This document shows positions 9,923 to 20,653 of a DNA stretch of 64,000 bases, piece by piece. Made by a program: the position numbers and the translations under genes. The DNA comes from Amylibacter sp. (GTDB taxonomy: Bacteria; Pseudomonadota; Alphaproteobacteria; Rhodobacterales; Rhodobacteraceae), in NCBI GenBank assembly GCA_021775355.1, contig JAJFHZ010000025.1:6698-70697 (forward strand), read 5' to 3'. The notes beneath the pieces were generated by a model. It ran no database searches. It saw only the letters and a program-made list of their open reading frames with translations, and was not told the DNA's origin. Position 1 is the first letter of the stretch. Every line of letters begins with the position of its first letter.

Positions 9923-11851
9923 ATGGCCCTTTCCGTCGACCAATTATTGTCAAAAGCAAAATCTCTTGCGCGCAAAGGTGACATCAACACCGCCGCGCAA
10001 ATATATAAATCTGTATTGCAACGTTTTCCGCAGAACAAACGGGCCATTGACGGCCTTCAGACACTGCAACGGCATCACCCAAGACCTTCAACAACAAATA
10101 ACCAACCACCACAAAACCAAATCAACGCCTTGATTGCACAATTACAGCAGGGGCAATTAAAACAGGTTGTTCAAAATGCAACTGCTATGACGCACAACTT
10201 TCCAAATGCAATCGCCCTTTATGATCTACTTGGCATTGCGCATATGGGGCTACAGAACTACGACCAGTGCATTGCATGCTATCAAAAAGCCGTGCAAATC
10301 AAACCGGATTTCATCGAAGCTTATAATAATGTAGGTGCCGCATTAAAGGCACAAGGGCATTTCGATCTCGCTATTGAATATTACCAAAAAGCCCTGCAAG
10401 CTAGACCAAACTATGCTGAAGCACATAACAATCTGGGGATTGTACAACAGGGAAAAGGCAATTTTGACGCTGCCACTGAAAGCTTCAAAGATGCGCTGCA
10501 AATCAAACCGGATTATGCCGATGCACATCTTAATTTAGGCAGTGCCTTGAAGGAAATGGGCCTTTTGTCCGAGGCTATCGCAAGTTTCAAAAAAGGTCTT
10601 TCGATCACACCTGACAATGCAGAGGCACAAAACCATCTTGGGAATGCACAACAAATGCACGGGTCTTTAGAAGACGCCACCAAAAGCTATAAGAAAGCCT
10701 TGCAGATCAAACCGGATCTTGCCGAAGCATATCTTAATTTTGGCAGTGTGTTGCTGGCACAAGGGCATTCGGATGATGCACTCACAAACTATAAAACGGC
10801 CCTGAAATTCAAGCCCGACTACGCCCAAGCATACAGGCATTACACATCAATCACGAAACTCAAAGCAGAAGATGAATATACCGCCCGCCTGCCTGAACTT
10901 CTAAAATCAAAGGCAATATCACAAAATGACCGGATGCATTTAAGTTATGCTTTAAGTAAAGTGAAACTCGATCTGGGCCAACATGAAGAAGCCGTAAAAC
11001 TTCTACAAACAGCAAATGCACTGCGTAAAGACGAATTAAACTACGATATTTCTATTGATGAAGACCTTTTCAAAGACATCAAAAATGTATTTTCCACAAA
11101 AAATGCCCCAGTACCTGTCAGTTCTTTTGAAGATAAACCAAAAACCATACCGATTTTTATATTGGGAATGCCTAGGTCGGGAACTACATTAGTCGAACAG
11201 ATTATCTCCAGCCATTCAGATGTATATGGCGCAGGCGAATTAAGGTTTATGGATCGGATCATGGACAATCTTGATTGGAGAGGCGGCCATCTTAACCCCG
11301 ATGCCATAAACAATATTAGGGCCGAGTATTACGATAGTATTTCGGCTTTAAACATAGATAAGCCCTTTGTAACAGATAAAATGCCCGCAAACTTCAGATG
11401 GCTTGGCTTCATTTCCCAGGCTTTCCCCGAAGCAAAGATCGTTCACGTAGACCGCAACCCAGCGGCGGTTTGTTGGTCCAACTACAAACTTTATTTTCCG
11501 GCCAACGGTATGCGATTTAGTTTCGATATGGAAGATGTTGCTCACTATTATGGCCTATACCAAGACCTTATGCAGTTTTGGCGTGGGATTTTTCCAAACA
11601 GAATTTACGATCTTACGTATGAAAAACTTACCGAAAACCAACTTGAAGAAACCCAAAAACTTTTGACCTACCTGGAGCTGGATTGGCAAGATACGGTTAT
11701 AGATTTCCACAAAAATACTCGCAGTGTAGCAACCGCTTCAAGCCAACAGGTGCGCAGCAAAATGTATAAAGGTAGTTCTCAAGAGTGGGAACGTTATAAA
11801 AAACATCTTGGCCCGATGCTGAAGGTTTTGAATAATCTTCCAAAAAGTTAG
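9923..11851 (+). CDS. TPR-repeat protein with a C-terminal sulfotransferase domain
   Basis: Seven or more 34-aa TPR units (AYNNVGAALKAQGHFDLAIEYYQKALQARPNYAEA...). The C-terminal PAPS-binding-like loop reads ILGMPRSGTTLVEQIISSH. The track start is TTG at 9881; ATG at 9923 is preferred. Confidence 0.8.
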   Translation: MALSVDQLLSKAKSLARKGDINTAAQIYKSVLQRFPQNKRAIDGLQTLQRHHPRPSTTNNQPPQNQINALIAQLQQGQLKQVVQNATAMTHNFPNAIALYDLLGIAHMGLQNYDQCIACYQKAVQIKPDFIEAYNNVGAALKAQGHFDLAIEYYQKALQARPNYAEAHNNLGIVQQGKGNFDAATESFKDALQIKPDYADAHLNLGSALKEMGLLSEAIASFKKGLSITPDNAEAQNHLGNAQQMHGSLEDATKSYKKALQIKPDLAEAYLNFGSVLLAQGHSDDALTNYKTALKFKPDYAQAYRHYTSITKLKAEDEYTARLPELLKSKAISQNDRMHLSYALSKVKLDLGQHEEAVKLLQTANALRKDELNYDISIDEDLFKDIKNVFSTKNAPVPVSSFEDKPKTIPIFILGMPRSGTTLVEQIISSHSDVYGAGELRFMDRIMDNLDWRGGHLNPDAINNIRAEYYDSISALNIDKPFVTDKMPANFRWLGFISQAFPEAKIVHVDRNPAAVCWSNYKLYFPANGMRFSFDMEDVAHYYGLYQDLMQFWRGIFPNRIYDLTYEKLTENQLEETQKLLTYLELDWQDTVIDFHKNTRSVATASSQQVRSKMYKGSSQEWERYKKHLGPMLKVLNNLPKS

Positions 11852-11857
11852 ATTGTT

Positions 11858-13516
11858 TTAACCCAGCTCCCCTGCCAACCCGCTTTCAATCAGCGCTACC
11901 GTTTCATCGACCCCGTAAAGTGCGATAAACCCGCCAAACCGCGGCCCTTGGGATGCGCCCAGCAGAACCTCGTAAATCGCTTGAAACCAGTCGCGCAGAT
12001 TGCCAAATCCGTGGTTCTTGCCAACCGCGAAAACCAGAGCCTGCAAATCATCGGGAGAAGACAGCGCATAATCGCTTAAATCCGCATCCTTACCCATATC
12101 CGCATTCTTCTTCTCGATCATCGTTTTAGCCACATCGACATTGCGCAAACCCATCGCCAGATCAGTCAAAGCGGCGCGTTCCTGATCGTTCGGCGCACGG
12201 TACTTTTTCGTTGGCTTAACAAAATCGTGGTAATAGCTCACGGCAAAACCCGCCGCTGCATCCAATTGTGGGTTCTTTTCCGGTGAAGCATCAGGTGCGT
12301 ATTTGTTGATAGACCCCCACATGACTTCTTTGGTTTCGGCACTTGAAACCGATGCCACATTCAACAGCATCGCAAACGGTACAACCATATCGGACAAAGG
12401 TACATCACCGCCATGAATGTGAAACACAGGATTATTCAAACGCTGCGCCGTATCCTGTTCCACATAGGCCCGTAACTGTTGATGATATTCGTCCACCGCT
12501 TTCGGGATCACATCGAAATGCAATCGTTTCGCCGTACGCGGTTTTTGATACATGAAATACGACAAGCTTTCGGCAGAGGCATAGGTCAACCACTCATCAA
12601 TGGAAATTCCGTTGCCTTTGGACTTGGAAATCTTTTCACCGTTTTCATCCAGAAACATCTCATAAACATAATGCTCAGGCGCAGGAACACCCAAGATACG
12701 GCAAATCTTGTCGTAGATATGCGTGTTGGTGGAATGGTCTTTGCCGTACATCTCAAAGTCCACACCCAGTGCCGCCCAACGCGCCCCGAAGTCGGGTTTC
12801 CACTGCAACTTCACATTACCACCCGTCACAGGCAGCGATAGTTCCGTGCCATCCTCGTCATCAAAGGTGATCGTCCCGTCGGCTGCGTTCACTTCTTTCA
12901 TCGGCACATACAACACCCGTCCCGTGGTCGGGGAAATCGGCAGGAACAAACTATATGTCTGTTGCCGTTCTTCACGCAAAGACGCCAACATTACTTCCAT
13001 GATCGCGTCGTATTTCTTGACACAACGCAACAGCACTTCGTCGAATGCACCGGAACGGTAAAACTCGGTCGAACTGTAGAAATCATATTCAAACCCGAAC
13101 GTATCCAGAAACCGCAATAACATCGCGTTATTGTGGGCACCAAAGCTATCATATTTTTCAAACGGGTCAGGCACATCCGTTAAGGGCCGTTGCAGATACA
13201 CATCTAGGCCGCGCGGGTTCGGCACATTGTCTGGCACTTTGCGCATCCCGTCCAGATCATCCGAAAAACAAATCAACTTGGTCGGAATATCCGAGATCAC
13301 CTCAAAAGCACGACGGATCATTGTTGTCCGTGCCACTTCACCAAAGGTTCCAATATGTGGCAAACCGGATGGCCCGTAACCGGTTTCAAACAACACATAA
13401 CCCTTTTCAGGCGCACCGTTCTTGAATCGCGTCAACAGCTTTCGCGCTTCTTCAAAAGGCCAAGCTTTGGATTTCATCGCAAGTGCGCGTGTCTCGGACA
13501 TCGGTTTTTCCATCAA
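11858..13516 (-). CDS. lysK: Lysine--tRNA ligase, class I
   Basis: 552 aa. [20 protein letters not shown] (HIGH-type) and KISKSKG (KMSKS-type) motifs. Confidence 0.95.
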   Translation of the reverse strand: MMEKPMSETRALAMKSKAWPFEEARKLLTRFKNGAPEKGYVLFETGYGPSGLPHIGTFGEVARTTMIRRAFEVISDIPTKLICFSDDLDGMRKVPDNVPNPRGLDVYLQRPLTDVPDPFEKYDSFGAHNNAMLLRFLDTFGFEYDFYSSTEFYRSGAFDEVLLRCVKKYDAIMEVMLASLREERQQTYSLFLPISPTTGRVLYVPMKEVNAADGTITFDDEDGTELSLPVTGGNVKLQWKPDFGARWAALGVDFEMYGKDHSTNTHIYDKICRILGVPAPEHYVYEMFLDENGEKISKSKGNGISIDEWLTYASAESLSYFMYQKPRTAKRLHFDVIPKAVDEYHQQLRAYVEQDTAQRLNNPVFHIHGGDVPLSDMVVPFAMLLNVASVSSAETKEVMWGSINKYAPDASPEKNPQLDAAAGFAVSYYHDFVKPTKKYRAPNDQERAALTDLAMGLRNVDVAKTMIEKKNADMGKDADLSDYALSSPDDLQALVFAVGKNHGFGNLRDWFQAIYEVLLGASQGPRFGGFIALYGVDETVALIESGLAGELG

Positions 13517-13595
13517 GTTTATTTCGCCCCTTCCCTATTGCCCCAAACGTGCAGGGTCAATATTGTAGGCTGAAATACAGGAAAAGAGTCGCAAG

Positions 13596-14018
13596 ATGAC
13601 ACAAACCCCCACACCATGGAGCCCCGAGGACGCACTTGTCGCGATGATGGTTGCCATGTCCGTATCGGATGAAGCGATGAAAACGCTGGAACTTCTATCC
13701 ATTGAACGCATCGTCAATAACCTGCCGATTTTTGCAAGCTATGACATAGACCGTCTGAGAACCACCTCACAAACCGTGTTTGACCTTATCGAAGAAGAGG
13801 ACGGTCTTGACGCCCTCTTTGGCCTAGTCCGTGCAGCTCTGCCCGAAAAACTGTATGAAACCGCCTACGCTTTATGCTGCGATGTTGCGGCATCAGATGG
13901 CCGCCTGCGCGAAGAAGAGCTGCGCTTCTTGCAGGAAACTCGGTATGAACTGAACATAGACCGCCTTCGCACCGCAGCCATTGAACGGGGTGCCAGGGCG
14001 CGTCACATGACGCTTTAG
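13596..14018 (+). CDS. TerB-like (tellurite-resistance family) protein
   Basis: 140 aa. ...CCDVAASDGRLREEELRFLQE is typical of the TerB fold. Confidence 0.6.
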   Translation: MTQTPTPWSPEDALVAMMVAMSVSDEAMKTLELLSIERIVNNLPIFASYDIDRLRTTSQTVFDLIEEEDGLDALFGLVRAALPEKLYETAYALCCDVAASDGRLREEELRFLQETRYELNIDRLRTAAIERGARARHMTL

Positions 14019-14485
14019 CCTTTCATTGGTATCAAATCATCTTCTTTTACAGTCTCCATAACTGCAAAAGAATGCGTCTGCATGACACCGGGCAACTTAC
14101 CGATTTGCTCTCCAAGGACTTCGCGAAAATGCGAAATATCACGGGTACGCACCTTAAGCATGTAATCAAATTGCCCCGCAATCAGCAGGCAACTTTGAAT
14201 CTCTGCTATGTCTTTTACCGCTTCGTTGAAATCATCAAGTGAATTTTCACTGGTCTTCATTAAACTGATGTGTACGATCGTCACGTGTCCCATTCCAATT
14301 AAACTCGGATTAAGAACCGCACGATAGTGACTGATAACACCAGTCCTTTCCAACCGTTTCACGCGTTCTGAACACGGTGTTTTGGTCAAATGAACCCTGT
14401 TTGCCAATTCAACTATCGATAATCTTCCATTGCTTTGAAGCTCATCCAAAATCCGTTGATCAATTGCATCTAATTGCCTTCTCAT
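14015..14485 (-). CDS. Lrp/AsnC family transcriptional regulator
   Basis: LDAIDQRILDELQSNGRLSIVELANRVHLTKTPCSERVKRLE HTH plus a RAM domain. Confidence 0.92.
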   Translation of the reverse strand: MRRQLDAIDQRILDELQSNGRLSIVELANRVHLTKTPCSERVKRLERTGVISHYRAVLNPSLIGMGHVTIVHISLMKTSENSLDDFNEAVKDIAEIQSCLLIAGQFDYMLKVRTRDISHFREVLGEQIGKLPGVMQTHSFAVMETVKEDDLIPMKG

Positions 14486-14502
14486 TAGTCTTTTTTCCTA
14501 TT

Positions 14503-14575
14503 TTATACCTATAAAAAGTGCAAAAACCCAAAATTAAACTATTTATAGGCCCTATTACCAGCCATTATACCTATA
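14503..14575. promoter_or_regulatory. AT-rich divergent control region with a duplicated 11-mer TTATACCTATA
   Basis: Identical 11-mers at 14503-14513 and 14565-14575, with near-palindrome ATAGGCCCTAT between them. Located between the lrp-like and USP/symporter genes. Confidence 0.4.
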
Positions 14576-14699
14576 CTAATAGTGGAAAGGCAAATTTTTT
14601 TAGCAATAACTCTGTGATCAGAACCGCCCTTGATTTTATTAAAAGGGGCCTTTCTCGGGTTCGGATCATTCATATGAGAATCCAGTAGGAGGAACGGAA

Positions 14700-15137
14700 A
14701 TGACTGCAACATTAGTAGTAGGATTAGATGGGCATGGGTCTGGGGAGCGTGCCGTTGCGTATGCTAAGCGCATGGCTGAACTTATCGGCGACTGTAATCT
14801 GTTGATTGTTTATATCATCGAATGGTCACCATATACATTCCAAACACCTGAAGAAAATGCCGAACGCCATAAACGGCGTGAAGAAGAAATTGAAACGGCC
14901 CTAAAACGCGTCGTTGATCCAACAGTTAAGGCGTTAGAAAAAGACGGCATCACGGCTAAGGGCATCGTTCGCCATGGCCATGTCGCAGATGCATTGAACG
15001 CGATTTCTTTAGAAGAAAAGGCCGAACAAATCATCGTTGGTCGATCTACTGCAAGCGGTATTGCCGAACGCATCTTTGGTAGCTCAACAGCTAAACTTGT
15101 GATGAGTGCAAGCATACCTGTCACAGTCGTTGGATAA
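14700..15137 (+). CDS. Universal stress protein
   Basis: 145 aa, LVVGLDGHGSGERAVAYA...IIVGRSTASGIAERIFGSSTAKLV. Confidence 0.85.
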   Translation: MTATLVVGLDGHGSGERAVAYAKRMAELIGDCNLLIVYIIEWSPYTFQTPEENAERHKRREEEIETALKRVVDPTVKALEKDGITAKGIVRHGHVADALNAISLEEKAEQIIVGRSTASGIAERIFGSSTAKLVMSASIPVTVVG

Positions 15138-15154
15138 AAATAAAGGGGAAAATA

Positions 15155-16702
15155 ATGACAAATCTAAATAAATTTTCATTAGCAATGGGGGTGCTCGCAA
15201 TGTCGGCAGTGCCTGCCATCGCACAAGAAGCGCAAACCATGGATGAAAAAATCAACGCAGGCTTTGCTTCGGCAACAGGCTGGTTTGTGAATTTCATCTT
15301 TGCACCACTTCCAGGAACCAGCTTTCCTTGGATCGTGATGTGGCTGGTAATAGCCGCAACGGTTTTCACTTTTTACTTTTCATTCGTACAATTAAAGTTT
15401 TTCAAACACGCCATATCACTTGTGAAGGGTGATTATTCCGACCCGAACGATGCCGGTGAGGTTAGTCACTTCCAGGCATTGGCGACAGCACTTTCAGGAA
15501 CAGTGGGCTTGGGTAACATTGCAGGTGTCGCTGTTGCTGTCGGTATAGGCGGGCCGGGTGCTACATTCTGGATGATCCTTGCAGGCCTGATGGGCATGGC
15601 ATCGAAATTCACCGAATGTACCTTAGGTGTGAAATATAGAAATGAGTATGAAGACGGCACCGTTTCCGGTGGCCCGATGTACTACATCTCAAAAGGCTTC
15701 AACGAACTTGGCTTGCCGGGCGGTAAAATTCTTGCTGTACTTTTCTCGATCTTTTGTATCCTTGGTGCATTGGGCGGCGGCAACATGTTCCAAGCCAATC
15801 AGGCACATGCTCAAATCGCAGGTATCCTCGGGGATTATCCGGGCTGGATTACAGGTATCGTCTTTGCCGTTGTTGTTTATGCGGTTATTGTTGGCGGCGT
15901 AAAATCAATCGCCCGCGTCACAGAAAAAGTGGTTCCATTCATGGGTATCCTTTATTGTGTAGCGGCTCTGATCATCATTTTGGTGAATTACGATAAAATC
16001 GGTTGGGCTTTCGGCCAAATTTTTGACGGTGCGTTTACAGGTCTGGGCGTAGCAGGCGGTTTTGTGGGTGCATTGATCCAAGGCTTTAAAAGGGCAGCGT
16101 TCTCAAACGAAGCCGGTGTCGGTTCGGCAGCCATCGCACACTCTGCGGTGAAAACCAAAGAACCTATTACAGAAGGTTTCGTATCATTATTGGAGCCATT
16201 CATCGACACGGTTGTGATTTGTACAATGACAGCATTGGTCATCACTATATCCGGCCAACTTATCATTGATCCCGCATCTGGAAACTATGTTGTTGAAGGT
16301 GGTAAAATTGCGACCGTTGGCGGCACATCAGGTGTGTCACTGACATCCGCTGCATTTGCCAGCGCATTCAGCTGGTTCCCATATGTTCTGGCCATAGCCG
16401 TGATCCTGTTCGCGTTTTCAACAATGATTTCTTGGTCTTACTACGGTCTGAAAGCATGGACATATCTGTTCGGCGAAGGCAAAACAACAGAACTGATTTT
16501 CAAGATTATCTTCTGTGTTTTCATCGTTATCGGTGCAGCCGCAAGTCTTGGCCCGGTTATCGATTTCTCAGACGCCGCGATCTTTGCAATGGCTGTTGTG
16601 AATATCACAGGTCTATACTTCCTGATGTCGGTCGTGAAAAAAGAATTCAATTCTTACAAATCACGCTTGGACTCAGGTGAGATTAAGAAGTTTGAACACT
16701 AA
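15155..16702 (+). CDS. Sodium:alanine (amino acid) symporter family (AGCS) protein
   Basis: 515 aa. SHFQALATALSGTVGLGNIAGVAVAVGIGGPGATFWM is the AGCS signature. Confidence 0.92.
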   Translation: MTNLNKFSLAMGVLAMSAVPAIAQEAQTMDEKINAGFASATGWFVNFIFAPLPGTSFPWIVMWLVIAATVFTFYFSFVQLKFFKHAISLVKGDYSDPNDAGEVSHFQALATALSGTVGLGNIAGVAVAVGIGGPGATFWMILAGLMGMASKFTECTLGVKYRNEYEDGTVSGGPMYYISKGFNELGLPGGKILAVLFSIFCILGALGGGNMFQANQAHAQIAGILGDYPGWITGIVFAVVVYAVIVGGVKSIARVTEKVVPFMGILYCVAALIIILVNYDKIGWAFGQIFDGAFTGLGVAGGFVGALIQGFKRAAFSNEAGVGSAAIAHSAVKTKEPITEGFVSLLEPFIDTVVICTMTALVITISGQLIIDPASGNYVVEGGKIATVGGTSGVSLTSAAFASAFSWFPYVLAIAVILFAFSTMISWSYYGLKAWTYLFGEGKTTELIFKIIFCVFIVIGAAASLGPVIDFSDAAIFAMAVVNITGLYFLMSVVKKEFNSYKSRLDSGEIKKFEH

Positions 16703-16708
16703 AATATT

Positions 16709-16750
16709 GGTAAGAGGCAGTTATAATGTTGCCTCTTACCCCCCCCTTTT
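16709..16750 (+). terminator. Rho-independent terminator after the symporter gene
   Basis: Perfect 11-bp stem GGTAAGAGGCA/TGCCTCTTACC, 10-nt loop, followed by CCCCCCTTTT. Confidence 0.7.
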
Positions 16751-16843
16751 CAGAACATGAACAGCAAGACATTAGGTGGTACCCACAATGTCAACACCGC
16801 CCTTTTATCAAACGGTAAATTGCATCTGGTCGCACATATAACC

Positions 16844-18160
16844 TTATAGAACATAGCACAAAGACCTAAACTCACCTCTAAGTTTTTGCACCTCATCCGC
16901 AACACTTTCAGGATTGTTTGAGCGCAACGCGCGTGCCACCAGTGCCGCAATCTCGCCCACGTGGTCAGCCGTCACCCCCCAGCGTACCAATTCAGGCGTA
17001 CCAAACCGTAACCCATTCATATCGCCCGCAACCGGATCAATCGGCAAGCCGATCCCACACGCCAGAAATCCAGCTTTACGCAGTTTCTTCGAAGCCGTTT
17101 GCCCGCCGCCAAAACCTGCAGCTTCCAGTGCAAACTGATGTGATTGTGTAAACCCTTGCCCCTTGGCAAACACTGGCAAACCTTCCGCATCTAACGCTGA
17201 CGCAAAAGCTTTCGCCACCACAATCATCTCGGCAGCATAAGCCGCACCATATTCGCGCCAATCCAGCATACCAACCGCAAGTGCCGCCGATTTCGCAGCG
17301 TCGAAATTTGCCGTCATGCCCGGAAACGCAATCGCATCCAGACGTGCAGCAATATCGGCATCATTTGAAACGATAATCCCGCCCGCAGGCCCGCCAAGGC
17401 TTTTGTAAGTGCTCATAGTCATAAAATGCGCGCCTTCTTTCAATGGACTTTTCCATGCGCGTCCCGCTATAATCCCACATTGGTGGGCCGCATCGAACAT
17501 CACCTTTGCCCCCACCTCATCGGCAATGGCACGCACTTCGCACACGGGGTGCTCAAACAGGTTCAGACTGCTGCCGATGGTGATCAACTTCGGCCGAACC
17601 TTCTGTGCCAATGCCCGCAGCCCTTCTACATCCACCGTATACCCGTCCGCATTCACAGGTGCATGAACAGTATTCAGCCCGTATAGCCCCGCACAGCCAT
17701 CGACATGATGGGTGACATGTCCGCCCACACTGGCAGGTGGTGCAATGATTGTGTCACCGGGCTTACAGGTCGCCATAAAGCCGTAAAGGTTGGCAATCGC
17801 ACCTGACGGCACACGGATTTCAGCAAATTCCGCATCGAAAACTTCGGCACAAAGCTCCGCCGCAATCACTTCAATCTCTTCAATCGCTTCCAATCCCATC
17901 TCATACTTATCGCCGGGATACCCAAGCGATGGGCGCGAGCCGATACCGCAAGACAATATAGCTTCCGCCTTAGGATTCATTACATTGGTCGCGGGATTCA
18001 GATTGAAACATTCCACTTCGTGTATATTGCGGTTGCGATCTGCTAACCCATCAATAACAGCGGCAATTTCCACTGACGATTGCTTTGCCGTGCGCGCGGC
18101 AATGGTTTGTATAAGCGTTTCACAATGGGCAGGAACCCACTTTCTGGATGTAAGTGACAT
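16844..18160 (-). CDS. Divergent serine hydroxymethyltransferase-family PLP enzyme
   Basis: 438 aa. MSTYKSLGGPAGG corresponds to the SHMT PLP-lysine motif THKTLRGPRGG. The sequence is otherwise clearly diverged from canonical GlyA. Confidence 0.75.
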   Translation of the reverse strand: MSLTSRKWVPAHCETLIQTIAARTAKQSSVEIAAVIDGLADRNRNIHEVECFNLNPATNVMNPKAEAILSCGIGSRPSLGYPGDKYEMGLEAIEEIEVIAAELCAEVFDAEFAEIRVPSGAIANLYGFMATCKPGDTIIAPPASVGGHVTHHVDGCAGLYGLNTVHAPVNADGYTVDVEGLRALAQKVRPKLITIGSSLNLFEHPVCEVRAIADEVGAKVMFDAAHQCGIIAGRAWKSPLKEGAHFMTMSTYKSLGGPAGGIIVSNDADIAARLDAIAFPGMTANFDAAKSAALAVGMLDWREYGAAYAAEMIVVAKAFASALDAEGLPVFAKGQGFTQSHQFALEAAGFGGGQTASKKLRKAGFLACGIGLPIDPVAGDMNGLRFGTPELVRWGVTADHVGEIAALVARALRSNNPESVADEVQKLRGEFRSLCYVL

Positions 18161-18205
18161 TTCAAACTCCTATTTTGAACCGATCTTGCCATCCATCCCT
18201 TGTCC

Positions 18206-18224
18206 TAGCAAACCAGATTTGCTA
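18206..18224. promoter_or_regulatory. Candidate LysR-type operator TAGCAAA-N5-TTTGCTA
   Basis: Perfect 7-bp inverted repeat in the divergent SHMT-like/LysR intergenic region. It fits the T-N11-A architecture. Confidence 0.5.
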
Positions 18225-18256
18225 AATATTGGCGTAGAAAAACTAGGCCTATATTT

Positions 18257-19135
18257 ATGTCGATATCGCCACCCTGCCCAAAAGGTCCACCACTAAACGC
18301 TCTTCGCGCGTTCGAAGCCGCTGCCCGCTTGGGTGGTTTCACCCCTGCTGCCGACGAACTATGTGTCACACCGGGCGCCATATCCCAACACATAAAATCA
18401 CTGGAAGATTGGGCAGGTGCACCCCTGTTTGAACGTCGCTCACAGGGTGTCTCACTGACTGAACTTGGTCAAAGCGTTGCTACGGAATTTACCACGGCTT
18501 TCGATGCTATTGGTGATGCAGTACGCAGCTTGCGCACGGGGGCCGCACAATCAACCATCAATATCGCCGCCCTGCCCAGTATTGCACAACTTTGGCTTTC
18601 GCCCAAATTACCCGCAATCCGTACGGCATTATCGGGCCACAGCATCTCCGTTACCGCACTGGAAACACCCCCCAACCTGACCCGTGAAATGTTCGATATA
18701 AGTATCTTTTTTGGGGCCCCTACGGACCACAGTACGAAAAATGTTCCAAAAAGCGATGTAATATACCCCGTGTGTTCCCCGGAAATTGCCCAGCGCCTGA
18801 AAACGCTGGCCGACCTACAGCATGAAACTTGGCTTTATGATGCTCTCTGGGCCGATGATTGGACGCTTTGGATAAACCAAACTGCCCCAAACCAGATTGC
18901 CCCTAGAAACGGCCCTCGGTTTTCGCTTTACAGCATTGCCATCGAAGAAGCTAAAAATGGTGCAGGCGTTTTGATCGGCCATGAAATCCTTATCGAACCC
19001 CTGTTGAAAAGTGGTGCATTAGTCGCACCGTTCAAGCCAAAAGCCGAAACCGGGAAATCATTGATTTTGGAATGTGCGGAAAATACCCCAACATCAAATC
19101 GGCTAAAACAGGTCGTAAGAATGCTTAAAGCCTAA
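18257..19135 (+). CDS. LysR family transcriptional regulator (GcvA-like)
   Basis: PPLNALRAFEAAARLGGFTPAADELCVTPGAISQHIKSLE HTH. Confidence 0.9.
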   Translation: MSISPPCPKGPPLNALRAFEAAARLGGFTPAADELCVTPGAISQHIKSLEDWAGAPLFERRSQGVSLTELGQSVATEFTTAFDAIGDAVRSLRTGAAQSTINIAALPSIAQLWLSPKLPAIRTALSGHSISVTALETPPNLTREMFDISIFFGAPTDHSTKNVPKSDVIYPVCSPEIAQRLKTLADLQHETWLYDALWADDWTLWINQTAPNQIAPRNGPRFSLYSIAIEEAKNGAGVLIGHEILIEPLLKSGALVAPFKPKAETGKSLILECAENTPTSNRLKQVVRMLKA

Positions 19136-19140
19136 ACGGC

Positions 19141-20610
19141 TCATACGCCATAAGTCCTAATCCAGTGCCGTACCAACTGATGTTGCATCACCCGTGATTT
19201 CCGCGCCCATGCCTTAGCACCCGCAGGTCGTTCACGGTCTTTCTTTGCAATCGATGCCCGTTTCGGCATATCGGCTGTGAAAATCGCGAAAGCCAATTTG
19301 CGGCCATTGGGACACGTCACATAACCCGCCAGAGCACTGGCAAAATTCAAGGTCCCGGTTTTTACGACCAGCCTAGCCCCCGCAATCGGTGCCTTTTCCC
19401 TTTTTCTATTGCGCAAGGTTATCTCTTTCATAAGCGGGCGCAGCGGCCCATCCCATTTGGCATTAACCAACAAACGCGCCATCTCATGGGCCGATATGCG
19501 ACTATCCGACCCCAGCCCCGAATGATCCACAAACTTGGCCCCCCGCACCCCGTAAGTTGCCTCTAACCATTTGGTCATCATCTGTCCTGATGCGCGTAAA
19601 CTACCGGCGGATTTTCCGCTTTTAATCGTCGCATTCAATCCCAGTGCTTCAGCCGTCATGTTCGTTGAATACTTAATCATAGACTTTGTCAAAGCCCGAA
19701 TATTACCACTTTCCCAAACCGCCACAGAATAGCCCGAAACAGGTTTTTCCGTCACCTTATGCTTGGGAATACGAATACCGTTCAAAGCCGCCACAGTCCG
19801 AAAAACTTCGCCGGCATATTCTGCGGGTTTGCGTACAGGCAACCACCGGCTGCCCCCCTTCCCCAAAGCCGTTTTAGCAACCACCCAATTATCTTTACCG
19901 TTCACAGAGCGATAGGAAAATACGGGTAACCCACGGTTTTTTGTAGATATTTTTATTCCAAGTACCTCTGGTGAATATTTTCTGGCCTGCGCTAACATGG
20001 ATAACCCATAACCCTCTGTCCCGCGCCTCCATTGAAAAAACACACGGTTGAAATTCAAATTTATACCGTGGATTGTCGGATTATAACCCACATGATCAGG
20101 TTGTTCTTTGTCTATTTCCCGCTGATATGGCAGGGCCCCTGCATAAACGTAAAACTTGCCGCGCACCGCCCTGACACCTTGTGCCTTTAACTGCTCTGCC
20201 AATGCGCCCAGCGCATCCGTGTCCAGTCTTGGATCACCTGATCCTTCCAAAATCAAATCGCCCGTTAAGACCCCGTTACTGATCGGCCCGGTGGCCAAAA
20301 GCCGTGTCTTGAATGTCGTACCCGCCCCCAGCGTAGACAGTGCATAAAGCGTTGTTGCTATTTTGGCGACACTGGCAGGCGGCAAGGTTTTTGATCCATT
20401 GTAATTTTCCAAAACGGCACCCGTCACAGCATCCATAACGACAATGCTTTTGCTCCCTGACAAACCCGCCGTTTCGGTAATGGTTTTCAAGGACTGCTTG
20501 ATCTGCAAATCCTGTGCTGCCAGTGGTGCCGCGCAAACAATAAGACCCGTCAACACGGTTTTTAGAAACAAACGTCTGTTTGGCTTATTAAAGAAATCGA
20601 AGGCTGACAT
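19141..20610 (-). CDS. dacB: D-alanyl-D-alanine carboxypeptidase/endopeptidase (PBP4 family)
   Basis: 489 aa. Signal peptide, SxxK as PASVAKI, and a KTGT-like box VKTGTLNF. Confidence 0.9.
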   Translation of the reverse strand: MSAFDFFNKPNRRLFLKTVLTGLIVCAAPLAAQDLQIKQSLKTITETAGLSGSKSIVVMDAVTGAVLENYNGSKTLPPASVAKIATTLYALSTLGAGTTFKTRLLATGPISNGVLTGDLILEGSGDPRLDTDALGALAEQLKAQGVRAVRGKFYVYAGALPYQREIDKEQPDHVGYNPTIHGINLNFNRVFFQWRRGTEGYGLSMLAQARKYSPEVLGIKISTKNRGLPVFSYRSVNGKDNWVVAKTALGKGGSRWLPVRKPAEYAGEVFRTVAALNGIRIPKHKVTEKPVSGYSVAVWESGNIRALTKSMIKYSTNMTAEALGLNATIKSGKSAGSLRASGQMMTKWLEATYGVRGAKFVDHSGLGSDSRISAHEMARLLVNAKWDGPLRPLMKEITLRNRKREKAPIAGARLVVKTGTLNFASALAGYVTCPNGRKLAFAIFTADMPKRASIAKKDRERPAGAKAWARKSRVMQHQLVRHWIRTYGV

Positions 20611-20653
20611 AGCAAGAGTAAATCAAAGCTTGTGGCGTTAATCAACCATCCCT

